From Oligoflexales bacterium (GTDB lineage: Bacteria; Bdellovibrionota_B; Oligoflexia; Oligoflexales; JALZUQ01), in the NCBI GenBank assembly GCA_023301465.1, contig JALZUQ010000012.1, forward strand, positions 11,744 through 75,743: DNA of 64,000 nucleotides, in the 5' to 3' direction. The translations under genes were made by a program, and so were the position numbers. Position 1 is the first letter of the stretch. Every line of letters begins with the position of its first letter. Under the pieces are notes generated by a model. It made no database searches, was not told where the DNA came from, and worked only from the letters and a program-made list of their open reading frames with translations. Of the stretch, positions 55,198 to 64,000 are shown one piece after another.

Positions 55198-57852
55198 ATG
55201 TTTGTTAAATATCTTTTATTGCTGTCAAGTGTCTTGGTGTTTTCTTGCTCTGAAGAGCCTAAAAGCCAATCGAAAGGCGTAGCGTCAGCAGCAGAGTTAT
55301 CACAAGCTTTTTTAAATACGGTCTATCCTGTTGTCAGGGGGGAATGTGCTGTATGTCATAGTGATGGTGCGTACCCCTTTGCTTCTAGTATTCGTACTCA
55401 AGCTTCGGAAACGGGAGTAGGTTTAATGGGGAGTGGTTTGGAGTCGAATCGTTACTTAAATAAAGTTGGTGATTCTAAAAACCCTCATCCAAACCAAGAA
55501 GTGTCTACAAAAGCATACCCTCAGCTAGAGAATGCAGTAAAATCATTTTTTTCAAAAGTAAATACAGGGATTCAGTTAGGAAAATTTATATCTTCTGATG
55601 AGGTGTCAGTTAATGCAAAATTAGAAAAATATCCTGCATTAAATAATTTAGGTTTTTTATTATTTGAAGCTGAAGGAGCAACACTTACAAAAAACACAAA
55701 GTTTGAAATTGCATCAGGTTCGTTTCAAAATAGCTTTGCTATTTCAAGTACTAAATACCCACCAAGCTCATTATCTGGAGCTGCAAGAATACTAACCTAT
55801 AATGCTTGTGACGAATCACCTGAAGTTACTCTCTCGCAGGCAGCTCATACAGCAGACAAAATAACTGTAAAGTATGTTTTTAGATTAAATACAAGGTTGG
55901 TAGACCCTGTTAACGGTAAAAATATTTTAGTTAATGGAGATGATTATGTATTTAATGCAATTGATGTTTTGCCAAAAAACAAAATCATTTCATCAGTGAC
56001 TGATTTAGACTATAAAACCACTCCAGATCCTGAAAATTTAAATTTTGTAAATCCATTAACTTCTGAACAAAAAAATTATATTCTTAATATTCTTTCCACA
56101 GGGGCAGGTAAAAGTGCTAGCATAAAAACTTTAATCAGTTCTATTGTAGAAAGCCGTGGAATTAACGCAGATAATATACTTAGTTATTTAACTGTAGACT
56201 CAGTTGTTAGGTTTGGAGGTCCTCGAACCTTGCAGCCATCTGAAATTCAAGTTCATTCTAATGAATCTGTGGATCTTGATAACAATTTGAGTCAAACCTT
56301 AACGCACCCTGGATATGCTGATTTCTTCTTTTCAGTACCTGACTATTTATCATTTGGAGATATAGGCCCAAGCGAAGATCTAGATTTTGATTTATTTACT
56401 AAATCACTAGGTCAGTTCGCGGTTTCTATACATGAGTATGATGAGTTTAAAAAACAATTAGGCGAAGCAATATATCCATGCAGAAACGAGAACAGAAACT
56501 CTGCTTTAAATTGGGTGAGAATAGGCCGTACTAGCAAGCTTAAGCGTGGGAAATCATATAGAATACGTCTTCATCAAACCTCAGAAACTAGTAAGACAGA
56601 TGCTTTTTTATTAAGAGTTGTTACTGAAGAAAATGCGGGTTCTATTAATGATGATCCTTCATTAACAAGGTTTTCAAGTTATGGGCGTTACGATAACGGT
56701 GAACAGAAAAAAATAAAAAAATTACAGTGGACATTACCAGTGGGAGGCACTATCGAAGCAGATGTGGTTCATCATAGTAAATTTTACGAAATTTCATCGC
56801 CAATCTATATCCCAGATGCTGATCAATCATTAAGAAATTTACAATTAACTGGAGTTGATTTTCTCATAAACGGTCAAATTAGCAATACAGATAAATCATT
56901 TCGAGAACAAGGTATTAGACCTCCAAATGCTATTATTTCTTATGGTGCAGTACTTATTCCTGTAGATAAAGGGATTTTAGAAGATAAAATCGCTCTGGCC
57001 TTTGATTTTTTAGAATTAACAGATAAAACGGCTTCACTTCCATCTTATGCTGATGCTCCTCCGATAGAAGGAATAAAATGTCTAGCCCCCGAAGTGTTTT
57101 TTGAAAAAGTATTTCCGATTTATACTCAATTACCAGTCATTCTAAGAGAAGATTACGATCGTTGGTCTGTTGATTCAAGCTATCCTTATAAAGATAATCA
57201 GGATGATGACTCGTTGACGGTACCTAGTTTAGGTGGTGGACAATATAAGTGTGTATCATGTCATGATTCAGAGCATCCTTACTTTCCTATACCAGAAGAC
57301 TATCTTGATGCCTGTGATGAGGCATTGTCGCGTAGTAATCTTGATAATCCTTATCTTTCATTTGCAATTCGTGGCTTAAGAGGGCAGTTTGAGCACCCTG
57401 CTTTATATATTGCAGCAGATATCACTGATAAGGATAAACTAAGATACGTAACGATTCCCGGCACTGAAGAGCGAGTTTATTATGGGCCTCAAACTGGTAA
57501 ATTTAAGTCGTATACATTAAATGAAATAGAGAACTTTAAAGAGGACACGATGACTCCTACTGAGGTTTCTAGGTTGTACAATGCACTTCAAACACCCAAA
57601 CACTTTTATATAAACCCTTTGAGCCTTCAAAACGAAGGTTTCTTTATAGAGGCATCTACATTGAAACCGAGTGAAAATTTCTTTCAATTTATACAAAGTT
57701 CAAAAAGTGCATTTGTGAGTGGACCTAACACTTCTGTCTTTAGAAATGATGAAGCAGAATCAACCATCCTTGATCAACATAAGCAAATATTAGATAAACT
57801 GGTTGAATCTTTTGTTAGCTGGTTAGAAGAAGAAAAGAAGTTAAGAAAATGA
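55198..57852 (+). CDS. Large lipoprotein with two CxxCH modules
   Basis: Lipobox SVLVFSC. VYPVVRGECAVCH (55345-55359) and VFPIYTQ...YKCVSCH (57250-57264). Confidence 0.6.
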   Translation: MFVKYLLLLSSVLVFSCSEEPKSQSKGVASAAELSQAFLNTVYPVVRGECAVCHSDGAYPFASSIRTQASETGVGLMGSGLESNRYLNKVGDSKNPHPNQEVSTKAYPQLENAVKSFFSKVNTGIQLGKFISSDEVSVNAKLEKYPALNNLGFLLFEAEGATLTKNTKFEIASGSFQNSFAISSTKYPPSSLSGAARILTYNACDESPEVTLSQAAHTADKITVKYVFRLNTRLVDPVNGKNILVNGDDYVFNAIDVLPKNKIISSVTDLDYKTTPDPENLNFVNPLTSEQKNYILNILSTGAGKSASIKTLISSIVESRGINADNILSYLTVDSVVRFGGPRTLQPSEIQVHSNESVDLDNNLSQTLTHPGYADFFFSVPDYLSFGDIGPSEDLDFDLFTKSLGQFAVSIHEYDEFKKQLGEAIYPCRNENRNSALNWVRIGRTSKLKRGKSYRIRLHQTSETSKTDAFLLRVVTEENAGSINDDPSLTRFSSYGRYDNGEQKKIKKLQWTLPVGGTIEADVVHHSKFYEISSPIYIPDADQSLRNLQLTGVDFLINGQISNTDKSFREQGIRPPNAIISYGAVLIPVDKGILEDKIALAFDFLELTDKTASLPSYADAPPIEGIKCLAPEVFFEKVFPIYTQLPVILREDYDRWSVDSSYPYKDNQDDDSLTVPSLGGGQYKCVSCHDSEHPYFPIPEDYLDACDEALSRSNLDNPYLSFAIRGLRGQFEHPALYIAADITDKDKLRYVTIPGTEERVYYGPQTGKFKSYTLNEIENFKEDTMTPTEVSRLYNALQTPKHFYINPLSLQNEGFFIEASTLKPSENFFQFIQSSKSAFVSGPNTSVFRNDEAESTILDQHKQILDKLVESFVSWLEEEKKLRK

Positions 57853-58039
57853 GGTCTTAAGGGTTATATGCCCTTTTATACTCTTCCTGCTACGTTATAG
57901 CTGGTTAAAAACATGCCGATTTATATCAATGATTTTATAGTTTTACGATGATTTCTGATTTTCTGTGATGAGCCTCCGAATATTCTTTATGAGAGATTTG
58001 CTCTCAAAAAAAATTGGGATTTATTTAGAGGAAACACCC

Positions 58040-60241
58040 ATGAAAATGTTGAACTTGTCCCTTAAGGGGTTGTGGCTAGTGATGTTGTCGCTGTTTATTG
58101 TCCACTGTGGCCAAAATAGTGAGTTTGCCACTGATGCAGGAGTTGCGACGGTAAGTTATGATTCTGTTCAGAAAACACCAGCAGGTGAAAATCCTGAAGT
58201 ACTACCAAGTATTCCGGGAGAGGAAATTGACCCTTCTGGGCCACGTCAAACTCCTAATGGTGAGCCGGGTATTGACCCAAGCTTTCCTACTTCAGGAAAT
58301 ATTCCTGAAATTGAAATTCCAACTGTCGTACTGCCACCTAAAGTAGACGTGCCGGGTTTAGTAACTCAAACTTTCCAATCTACTCAATTTGGTCAAGGCA
58401 GTGTTCAAATTGGAGTGCAATCAAATACTGACACAAAACAAGTTGAATTGGTAAGAGAATACACACAAAAACTAATTCACTTTAATCAAGACTCAGGTTC
58501 AGAAGTTACAGATAATTTTACTCAAGGAAAAGTTGGTCAGGATGTGCGTGATAATTTCTTGCAGCTTGAAAAAGGTAGTCTAGATGTCGTTTTAAACGTT
58601 GATAGTTCGGCTTCCATGAGAGAAGAACAGATTAACTTGGCATCGAAGTTTCAATCTTTAATCGGTCACTTAGAGGGTTTTGACTGGCAGATTGCAGTGA
58701 ATACGACAGACCCAAACGAAGGTTGTATCCGTGATGTGATTCGTAAAGGTGAGGCAAATGTAGAAGCTAGGTTTGCTGCAGCTGTGAATGCTGGAGTTGA
58801 AGGCTCAGCATTGGAACGTGGTCTTTACCAATCTAGGCGAGCATTAGAGGGAAATTGCTGGGCTGGAAATTGGGTGCGTGAAAATTCGGTTGTAGCGGTT
58901 ATTGCGGTATCTGATGAAGATGAGTGTAGTAGCAGAGGTGAATGTCCATATGCTGGTGAGGCTTCTGCGGATAACTTACTTAATTATTTAAAGAGCATTA
59001 GAACATTAGGTGTGTCAGCAAGAGTTTATGGTCTTTTTTGGCATCCATCACAAGCTCAGTCTGAATGTTCAACGGCATTCAAGCCTGCTCACTCATATGC
59101 AGATGCAGTAGATGCAACGAAAGGTACTTGGGGATCAATTTGTGATGAAAGTTATGAATCAACACTTGTTCAAATATCTAAAGATATGGCTCAGTTATTA
59201 AAGTCTCAGTTTAAGCTTTCAAATACACCTGATCAAGGCAGTGTTCAAGTAGCTATCAATGGCAATGTGGTGAATTCAGGTTATACAGTAAATAATGATT
59301 TGATAGTTTTTGGCCAGGCTCCAACTTACGGTTCAAATATTGATGTTGATTACACTGTAGGTGCAACAAAGCTGCAAACAAGATTTAAACTCTCTGAAAA
59401 AACTTCTTCAGGGATTGATTCTGTCCTTGTGAATAATCGAGAAATTTCGAAATCTGAATATCAATATGATGCATCAACAAATGAACTTGTGTATCAAGCT
59501 CCTTTACACAGTCAAATCAAAGTTATTTATACAAAAAACATGAAACTTTCGAGTGTGTTTGACTTAAAAGGGACAGTTCATCCGGGAACATTAGAGGTTT
59601 ATGTTGCTGATACTTTGATTCCTTCAAATCTTTATACTGTGACAAATGCTGGAACTACTTTGGAATTTGTGAATGCACCTATCGCAAACTCAACTCTTAA
59701 AGTTAAGTATGCACAAGCAGAAACACCAGTGCTATTCTACCCATATGCAAATGCTAATTCGATTGTTTCCATACATGAGGCTGGTACAAACAATCTGGTT
59801 TCATTTAGTGTGAATAATATAGGTTTCTATATTCAGCAGTTTGATTGGAGTGAAGGGAAGCAAATCGTTGTAAATTCTAAATCAACTCTAGGTGATGATA
59901 AGTATATACTTGAACATCTTCCGGTTGGTAATGTGCTTGTTAAAACAGACAACGAGATCTGTGATGCTACAAAAGTAAAAGTAAATGCATCTAACGAAGT
60001 AGACTACAGCGATTGTGTTGAAGATGAAACGTCGACTGTAAGAATATCTTATAAATATATTGTAAGTCATGTTAAGGATTATGTTTTTGATGCGAAATTG
60101 CTTTCAGGTATTCAAGGTAATATTGATTGGAAGGTTTTTGTCAACGGTATTGAAACGACGTCTTACATCAAAAATGGATTGAGTTTTTTAGTTCTTGATG
60201 ATGTCACTTTAGGAAGTATTGTGTCTATTCAGGCAAAATAA
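58040..60241 (+). CDS. Lipoprotein with vWA-like domain and beta-rich C-terminal repeats
   Basis: ATG 58040 behind GAGGAAA gives MKMLNLSLKGLWLVMLSLFIVHCG (lipobox). MIDAS-like DSSAS (58601-58615) and VIAVSDEDE. Confidence 0.6.
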   Translation: MKMLNLSLKGLWLVMLSLFIVHCGQNSEFATDAGVATVSYDSVQKTPAGENPEVLPSIPGEEIDPSGPRQTPNGEPGIDPSFPTSGNIPEIEIPTVVLPPKVDVPGLVTQTFQSTQFGQGSVQIGVQSNTDTKQVELVREYTQKLIHFNQDSGSEVTDNFTQGKVGQDVRDNFLQLEKGSLDVVLNVDSSASMREEQINLASKFQSLIGHLEGFDWQIAVNTTDPNEGCIRDVIRKGEANVEARFAAAVNAGVEGSALERGLYQSRRALEGNCWAGNWVRENSVVAVIAVSDEDECSSRGECPYAGEASADNLLNYLKSIRTLGVSARVYGLFWHPSQAQSECSTAFKPAHSYADAVDATKGTWGSICDESYESTLVQISKDMAQLLKSQFKLSNTPDQGSVQVAINGNVVNSGYTVNNDLIVFGQAPTYGSNIDVDYTVGATKLQTRFKLSEKTSSGIDSVLVNNREISKSEYQYDASTNELVYQAPLHSQIKVIYTKNMKLSSVFDLKGTVHPGTLEVYVADTLIPSNLYTVTNAGTTLEFVNAPIANSTLKVKYAQAETPVLFYPYANANSIVSIHEAGTNNLVSFSVNNIGFYIQQFDWSEGKQIVVNSKSTLGDDKYILEHLPVGNVLVKTDNEICDATKVKVNASNEVDYSDCVEDETSTVRISYKYIVSHVKDYVFDAKLLSGIQGNIDWKVFVNGIETTSYIKNGLSFLVLDDVTLGSIVSIQAK

Positions 60242-60260
60242 GTATCATAACCCTATCTTA

Positions 60261-60295
60261 CCTCTCTTTGTGTGTTTCATGAAGAGAGGTTTTTT
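60261..60295 (+). terminator. Rho-independent terminator
   Basis: CCTCTCTT-(13 nt)-AAGAGAGG followed by TTTTTT, 20 nt after the stop of the vWA lipoprotein gene. Confidence 0.7.
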
Positions 60296-60625
60296 GTATT
60301 TTAAGCAAGGAAAAAACTAGAAGTCATGCTAGGTTGTGTGCATGAATATGAGTTTTGCAAAGAGAGTTATTGATGATTTCAAGTCCCGAATTTTGGCCTA
60401 CTCATCTATGGTTTTATCTTATCCCTTTCGCAGGGCGAGATATACTCGGTGAATTAAATTTTTGGTTAGGAACTGACTAGGAGCTGTGTTTTTTATGTTT
60501 GAAGCTATAATCGTCCAAAAAAAATATACTCTATCTTTTCTCAAGAGTATTTTCTTTGCTTGGAATGCTTTCGTCATGATAAGCATGTTTTTTATTTGGA
60601 AGTATGATGTTTTTAAGGTGTATTT

Positions 60626-61876
60626 ATGAGTCAATCAGAGGTTTATGATGCTGTTATAGTGGGCGGTGGAGCTTCTGGGTATTTTAGTGCTATTAGTTTA
60701 TGTGAGCTCTCTTCTGAAAATCCTAAAGTACTTATTTTAGAAGCTACAAAGCAATCTCTACAGAAGGTTAAAGTCTCTGGTGGTGGGCGTTGTAATATTA
60801 CTCATCATTGTTATGAGCCTAAAAATTTAGTTCAAAACTACCCTAGAGGAACAAAAGAGCTCATTGGGCCACTTCATCACTGGGGACCTAAAGAAATGCT
60901 TAAGTGGTTTCAAGAAAAAGGCCTGAATCACCATATTGAGAAAGACGGTAGAATTTTTCCTACAACCAACAAATCTTCTTCAGTGATTCGATGCTTTACA
61001 GATTTAGTGAGCCGCTACAAAATAGAAGTGAAGCATCAGACTTTAGTTTCTAAGGTAGTTTATAATCATAAAATGTACTCTATAGAAGACGCAAAAGGAA
61101 ATCGTTACCAAACAAAATCAGTATTATTGGCAACAGGTGGAGTTAAAACGGGTCATATTATTGCAAAAGTTTTAGGTCATGAGGTCACTTCTTTATACCC
61201 AAGTATTTTTACTTTTAAGTCTAATGTTCAAGCCATAAAAGATCTCTCAGGCTTGTCTATGCCATTGGTTCATCTGAAAATGGAGATAGGAAAAAAGAAG
61301 TTTTCTGCATCAGGCCCATTGTTGTTTACCCATTGGGGTATTTCTGGTCCGGCAGTTTTAAGAATATCTGCTTTTGCAGCAAAAGAGTTAGCACAAACAA
61401 AGTATAAAAGTCTTCTTGAGATAGATTTCTTAATGAACCACTCTAAGAGTGAAATTACCGATTTACTTCTAAGCTCTAAAGAGTTGTCACCTCGTAAAAG
61501 CTTGGTGTCTACCCCAAAATTAGGCATTCCTAAACGTTTATGGGCTTTTTTGTTGTCTGATTTTGATGACCTGCCATCATGTTGGGATAAAGCTTCTCAT
61601 GCTTTTATAGAGAGGCTTACAAAGCATATCAAAGAGTTTTCGTTTGAAGTTCAAGGCCGAGGAGTCTTTAAAGAAGAGTTTGTAACTTGTGGTGGAGTTC
61701 AGTTGAAAGAAGTAAACTTTAAGTCTATGGAAAGTAAACTATCTAAGGGTTTGTTCTTTGCTGGTGAAGTCCTCAATATTGATGGTGTAACAGGTGGATT
61801 TAATTTTCAGAATGCTTGGACAACAGCTCGTATTGCAGCTAAAGGTATGAGTGATCATATTGACTCGTTCGCTTGA
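60626..61876 (+). CDS. HI0933/BaiN-family NAD(P)/FAD-dependent flavoprotein
   Basis: YDAVIVGGGASG dinucleotide fold, SGGGRCNITH, and C-terminal GGFNFQNAW. Confidence 0.85.
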   Translation: MSQSEVYDAVIVGGGASGYFSAISLCELSSENPKVLILEATKQSLQKVKVSGGGRCNITHHCYEPKNLVQNYPRGTKELIGPLHHWGPKEMLKWFQEKGLNHHIEKDGRIFPTTNKSSSVIRCFTDLVSRYKIEVKHQTLVSKVVYNHKMYSIEDAKGNRYQTKSVLLATGGVKTGHIIAKVLGHEVTSLYPSIFTFKSNVQAIKDLSGLSMPLVHLKMEIGKKKFSASGPLLFTHWGISGPAVLRISAFAAKELAQTKYKSLLEIDFLMNHSKSEITDLLLSSKELSPRKSLVSTPKLGIPKRLWAFLLSDFDDLPSCWDKASHAFIERLTKHIKEFSFEVQGRGVFKEEFVTCGGVQLKEVNFKSMESKLSKGLFFAGEVLNIDGVTGGFNFQNAWTTARIAAKGMSDHIDSFA

Positions 61877-61910
61877 TGCAGCACGTGTGTTTGTAGAAAA
61901 ATAGGTAATA

Positions 61911-63224
61911 ATGGCAAAGAAATCAAAAAAAATTCCAACTTCGAGATTTTTTAGAGTAGGAAAAATTTTAAGGACAACAGGCTATATTCTTGGAAAAGAG
62001 GTTGCGAGTAGGGTTCAGTCTAAACTGGGTATCGAAGATATTGCTGCAAATTTAGAGTCCAAAAAAAAACAAGCTATCGAGATTGTAAAAACACTGAGTC
62101 AACTCAGGGGTGCAGCTCTTAAAGTGGGGCAAATGCTCAGTCTTGAGTTTAGTGATATGCTGCCTCAAGAAGTCGTCAAAATACTCCGTAAAATGCATGA
62201 TCAAAGCGAATTTATGGATATTAAAACAGTCAAGAATATCTTATCCAAAGAACTTGGGGACAATCAAAAATTGATTGAGAACCTGTCGGAAGAACCGATT
62301 GCTGCAGCGAGTATTGGTCAAGTGCATACGGCTACTTATGCCGGCAATGAAATCGTATTAAAGATTCAATATCCTAAGGTCGGTAAATCTGTTAGCAGTG
62401 ATATGAAAACATTAAAGAGCTTAGTTAGCTTGTTTTTAAAGAGCACAAATAAATCTATAGATTTAGATGAGGTGTTTCAAGAGTTAGAGTCCAACTTTAA
62501 AAAAGAGTTAGACTACAAAAGAGAAGCAACCCAACTAACAAAATATCGCGAACTATTTGCACCTTACAAAAAATATAAGGTGCCTCTTGTTTATGAAGAA
62601 GTTTCATCAAAACGAGTGCTCGCAATGGAAAAAATGGATGGAGTGCGTCTGGGTGACTACACTGAAAGCCAAGGCTATGACGCTGGTTTTTATGCTGATG
62701 CTTTTTTGAATTTATTATTTTTAGAGTTTTTTGAATTTGGGCTTGTGCAAACGGACCCTAACCCTGGAAATTTTTTAATTCAAAGCAAAGAGCAAAAACT
62801 TGTTTTACTAGACTTAGGTTCCCATAAAAAATACTCCAAAAAAACTCGTAAAAACGTGATAGAACTACTTAAAACAACCTTAAAGGGCAATTCTTCAGAA
62901 ATTTTAATAGTCGCTAAATCCCTCGAATTGCTTGATGAACGTGAGTCTGACGAAACAAAAGATCTTTTTGTGGCTATGATGAGAAAAATAGTTGAGATCT
63001 TCAGTGAAGAGACCCAGCCTTTTGAATTTTCAAATGAAGCATACCTAAAAGAGATCAGAAATCTATCCGTTAGCTTTGTGAGGGCTGTAAAATTTTCAAA
63101 ACCATCTAAAGATCTAATGTTTTTAAATCGGAAACTAGGTGGTGCATATCACGTGTTAAAAAACGGTAATGTTCATTGTGATGTATCGGTTTATTGGGAC
63201 AAAATTTTACAAGGCTCTCTTTAA
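61911..63224 (+). CDS. ABC1/UbiB-family atypical kinase
   Basis: AAASIGQVHTA...VLKIQYP, and D.NPGNFL catalytic motif (QTDPNPGNFLI). Confidence 0.85.
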   Translation: MAKKSKKIPTSRFFRVGKILRTTGYILGKEVASRVQSKLGIEDIAANLESKKKQAIEIVKTLSQLRGAALKVGQMLSLEFSDMLPQEVVKILRKMHDQSEFMDIKTVKNILSKELGDNQKLIENLSEEPIAAASIGQVHTATYAGNEIVLKIQYPKVGKSVSSDMKTLKSLVSLFLKSTNKSIDLDEVFQELESNFKKELDYKREATQLTKYRELFAPYKKYKVPLVYEEVSSKRVLAMEKMDGVRLGDYTESQGYDAGFYADAFLNLLFLEFFEFGLVQTDPNPGNFLIQSKEQKLVLLDLGSHKKYSKKTRKNVIELLKTTLKGNSSEILIVAKSLELLDERESDETKDLFVAMMRKIVEIFSEETQPFEFSNEAYLKEIRNLSVSFVRAVKFSKPSKDLMFLNRKLGGAYHVLKNGNVHCDVSVYWDKILQGSL

Positions 63225-63229
63225 TCGCT

Positions 63230-63970
63230 TCATTTAAACTCAATGTCCACCATATCGCATTGAACCGACCTTGTTTTTAAGCCACGTATGCATTGTATAA
63301 ATGTATGGGTTTCATCTTTTTTTGCATATTTAACTTCCATGGTGGTTTCACATGCTCTGAAGTTATCTATTTTACCAGCTGTGCTGTACCAAGATATTTT
63401 AAAATTTTCTTCTGTTTCGTTTGGTGGGTTGCACTTTAGTTTAAGTTCATCAGATATGCTGTATGTTTCCGTATTGATGGGGTCTATAATTTCTGCAGTG
63501 GGTTCGTTATTTACAAGATCTAATACTGATTCAGTGGTTGGAAACCGTATGACGTCACCAATTGCCTGAATGCTTTCTCCGTCTTGGGTTATGTTAAGGC
63601 TTACTCGGTATTTTTCTTCGTCACTTTGTCCAAGTGGCAATAAATAAACTGCTGGAAAGTTAATATTTGAGGTTACTTCATGGATGTCAATGGTAGCATA
63701 TGAAGTTTTGGTGGTGGTTATATTTGTAAGTTCAAGCGGTAAAGAAAACGGAGAGTTTTCATCAGTTGCACTGACAGCTGTAATAGGGGCTGTTTTGTTG
63801 GGAGTTGCTATGATCCATTTCAGTGTTACTGATGTATCATTTAAACTAGCAATGCTCGGGTTTTTTTTCATCCCTAAGACTCTTAGTCGATCAATGCGTT
63901 CGAACCTGTCTTGGTCATCATTGCAGCTGATATTTATAGATAAAAGCAGCATAATTATAAGTTTAAGCAT
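63230..63970 (-). CDS. Lipoprotein of unknown function
   Basis: MLKLIIMLLLSINISC lipobox. Beta-rich sequence with no family recognised. Convergent with the kinase gene, 5-nt gap. Confidence 0.55.
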   Translation of the reverse strand: MLKLIIMLLLSINISCNDDQDRFERIDRLRVLGMKKNPSIASLNDTSVTLKWIIATPNKTAPITAVSATDENSPFSLPLELTNITTTKTSYATIDIHEVTSNINFPAVYLLPLGQSDEEKYRVSLNITQDGESIQAIGDVIRFPTTESVLDLVNNEPTAEIIDPINTETYSISDELKLKCNPPNETEENFKISWYSTAGKIDNFRACETTMEVKYAKKDETHTFIQCIRGLKTRSVQCDMVDIEFK

Positions 63971-64000
63971 TAAAACTCTCCTGATAGTTCAATGTAAGGA

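Noticed and set aside
60419-60634. 71-aa minus-strand ORF in the 60.3-60.6 kb gap
   Set aside because: It has no ribosome-binding site and a low-complexity basic sequence. It overlaps the start of the well-supported flavoprotein gene.
1-64000. Search by eye for rRNA, tRNA, CRISPR arrays, IS elements, integrases or phage genes
   Set aside because: I found no conserved tRNA T-loop-like GGTTCGAATCC strings, no regularly spaced direct repeats, and no transposase, integrase or recombinase-like ORFs. The window looks like core chromosome.

Overview
AT-rich bacterial chromosomal window, densely coding, with about 55 CDS. I recognised no rRNA, tRNA, CRISPR array, transposase or integrase. Gene content suggests a Bdellovibrio-like or Bacteriovoracaceae-type organism: many lipoproteins, frequent TTG/GTG starts and CxxCH plus twin-arginine protein pairs. 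That taxonomy is inference only.

Most of the window is core housekeeping:
- ligA
- trmD-rimM-rpsP
- rimP-nusA-infB-rbfA-truB-metK
- a methylcrotonyl/geranyl-CoA-type carboxylase pair split by an AtuA-like gene
- a MutS2-family gene, pilD, and a fused 2-oxoacid dehydrogenase E1

Less ordinary parts:
1. A five-gene two-component cluster (6.4-12.5 kb).
2. A tightly coupled pilD-GGDEF-thioesterase-membrane HTH operon (30.8-33.9 kb).
3. A YdjM-like gene broken by +1 insertions in homopolymer runs (23.6-24.2 kb).
4. A YheT-like hydrolase whose conserved N-terminus has no canonical start codon (41.05-41.23 kb).
5. A MutS2 lacking the Smr domain, followed by a staphylococcal-nuclease-like lipoprotein.
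6. The best candidate for an uncharacterised system: a five-gene, entirely exported module at 51.9-60.2 kb. It comprises two CxxCH proteins, a small lipoprotein, a twin-arginine DUF1501-like protein and a vWA lipoprotein.

All family assignments come from motif recognition by eye. No database search was run.
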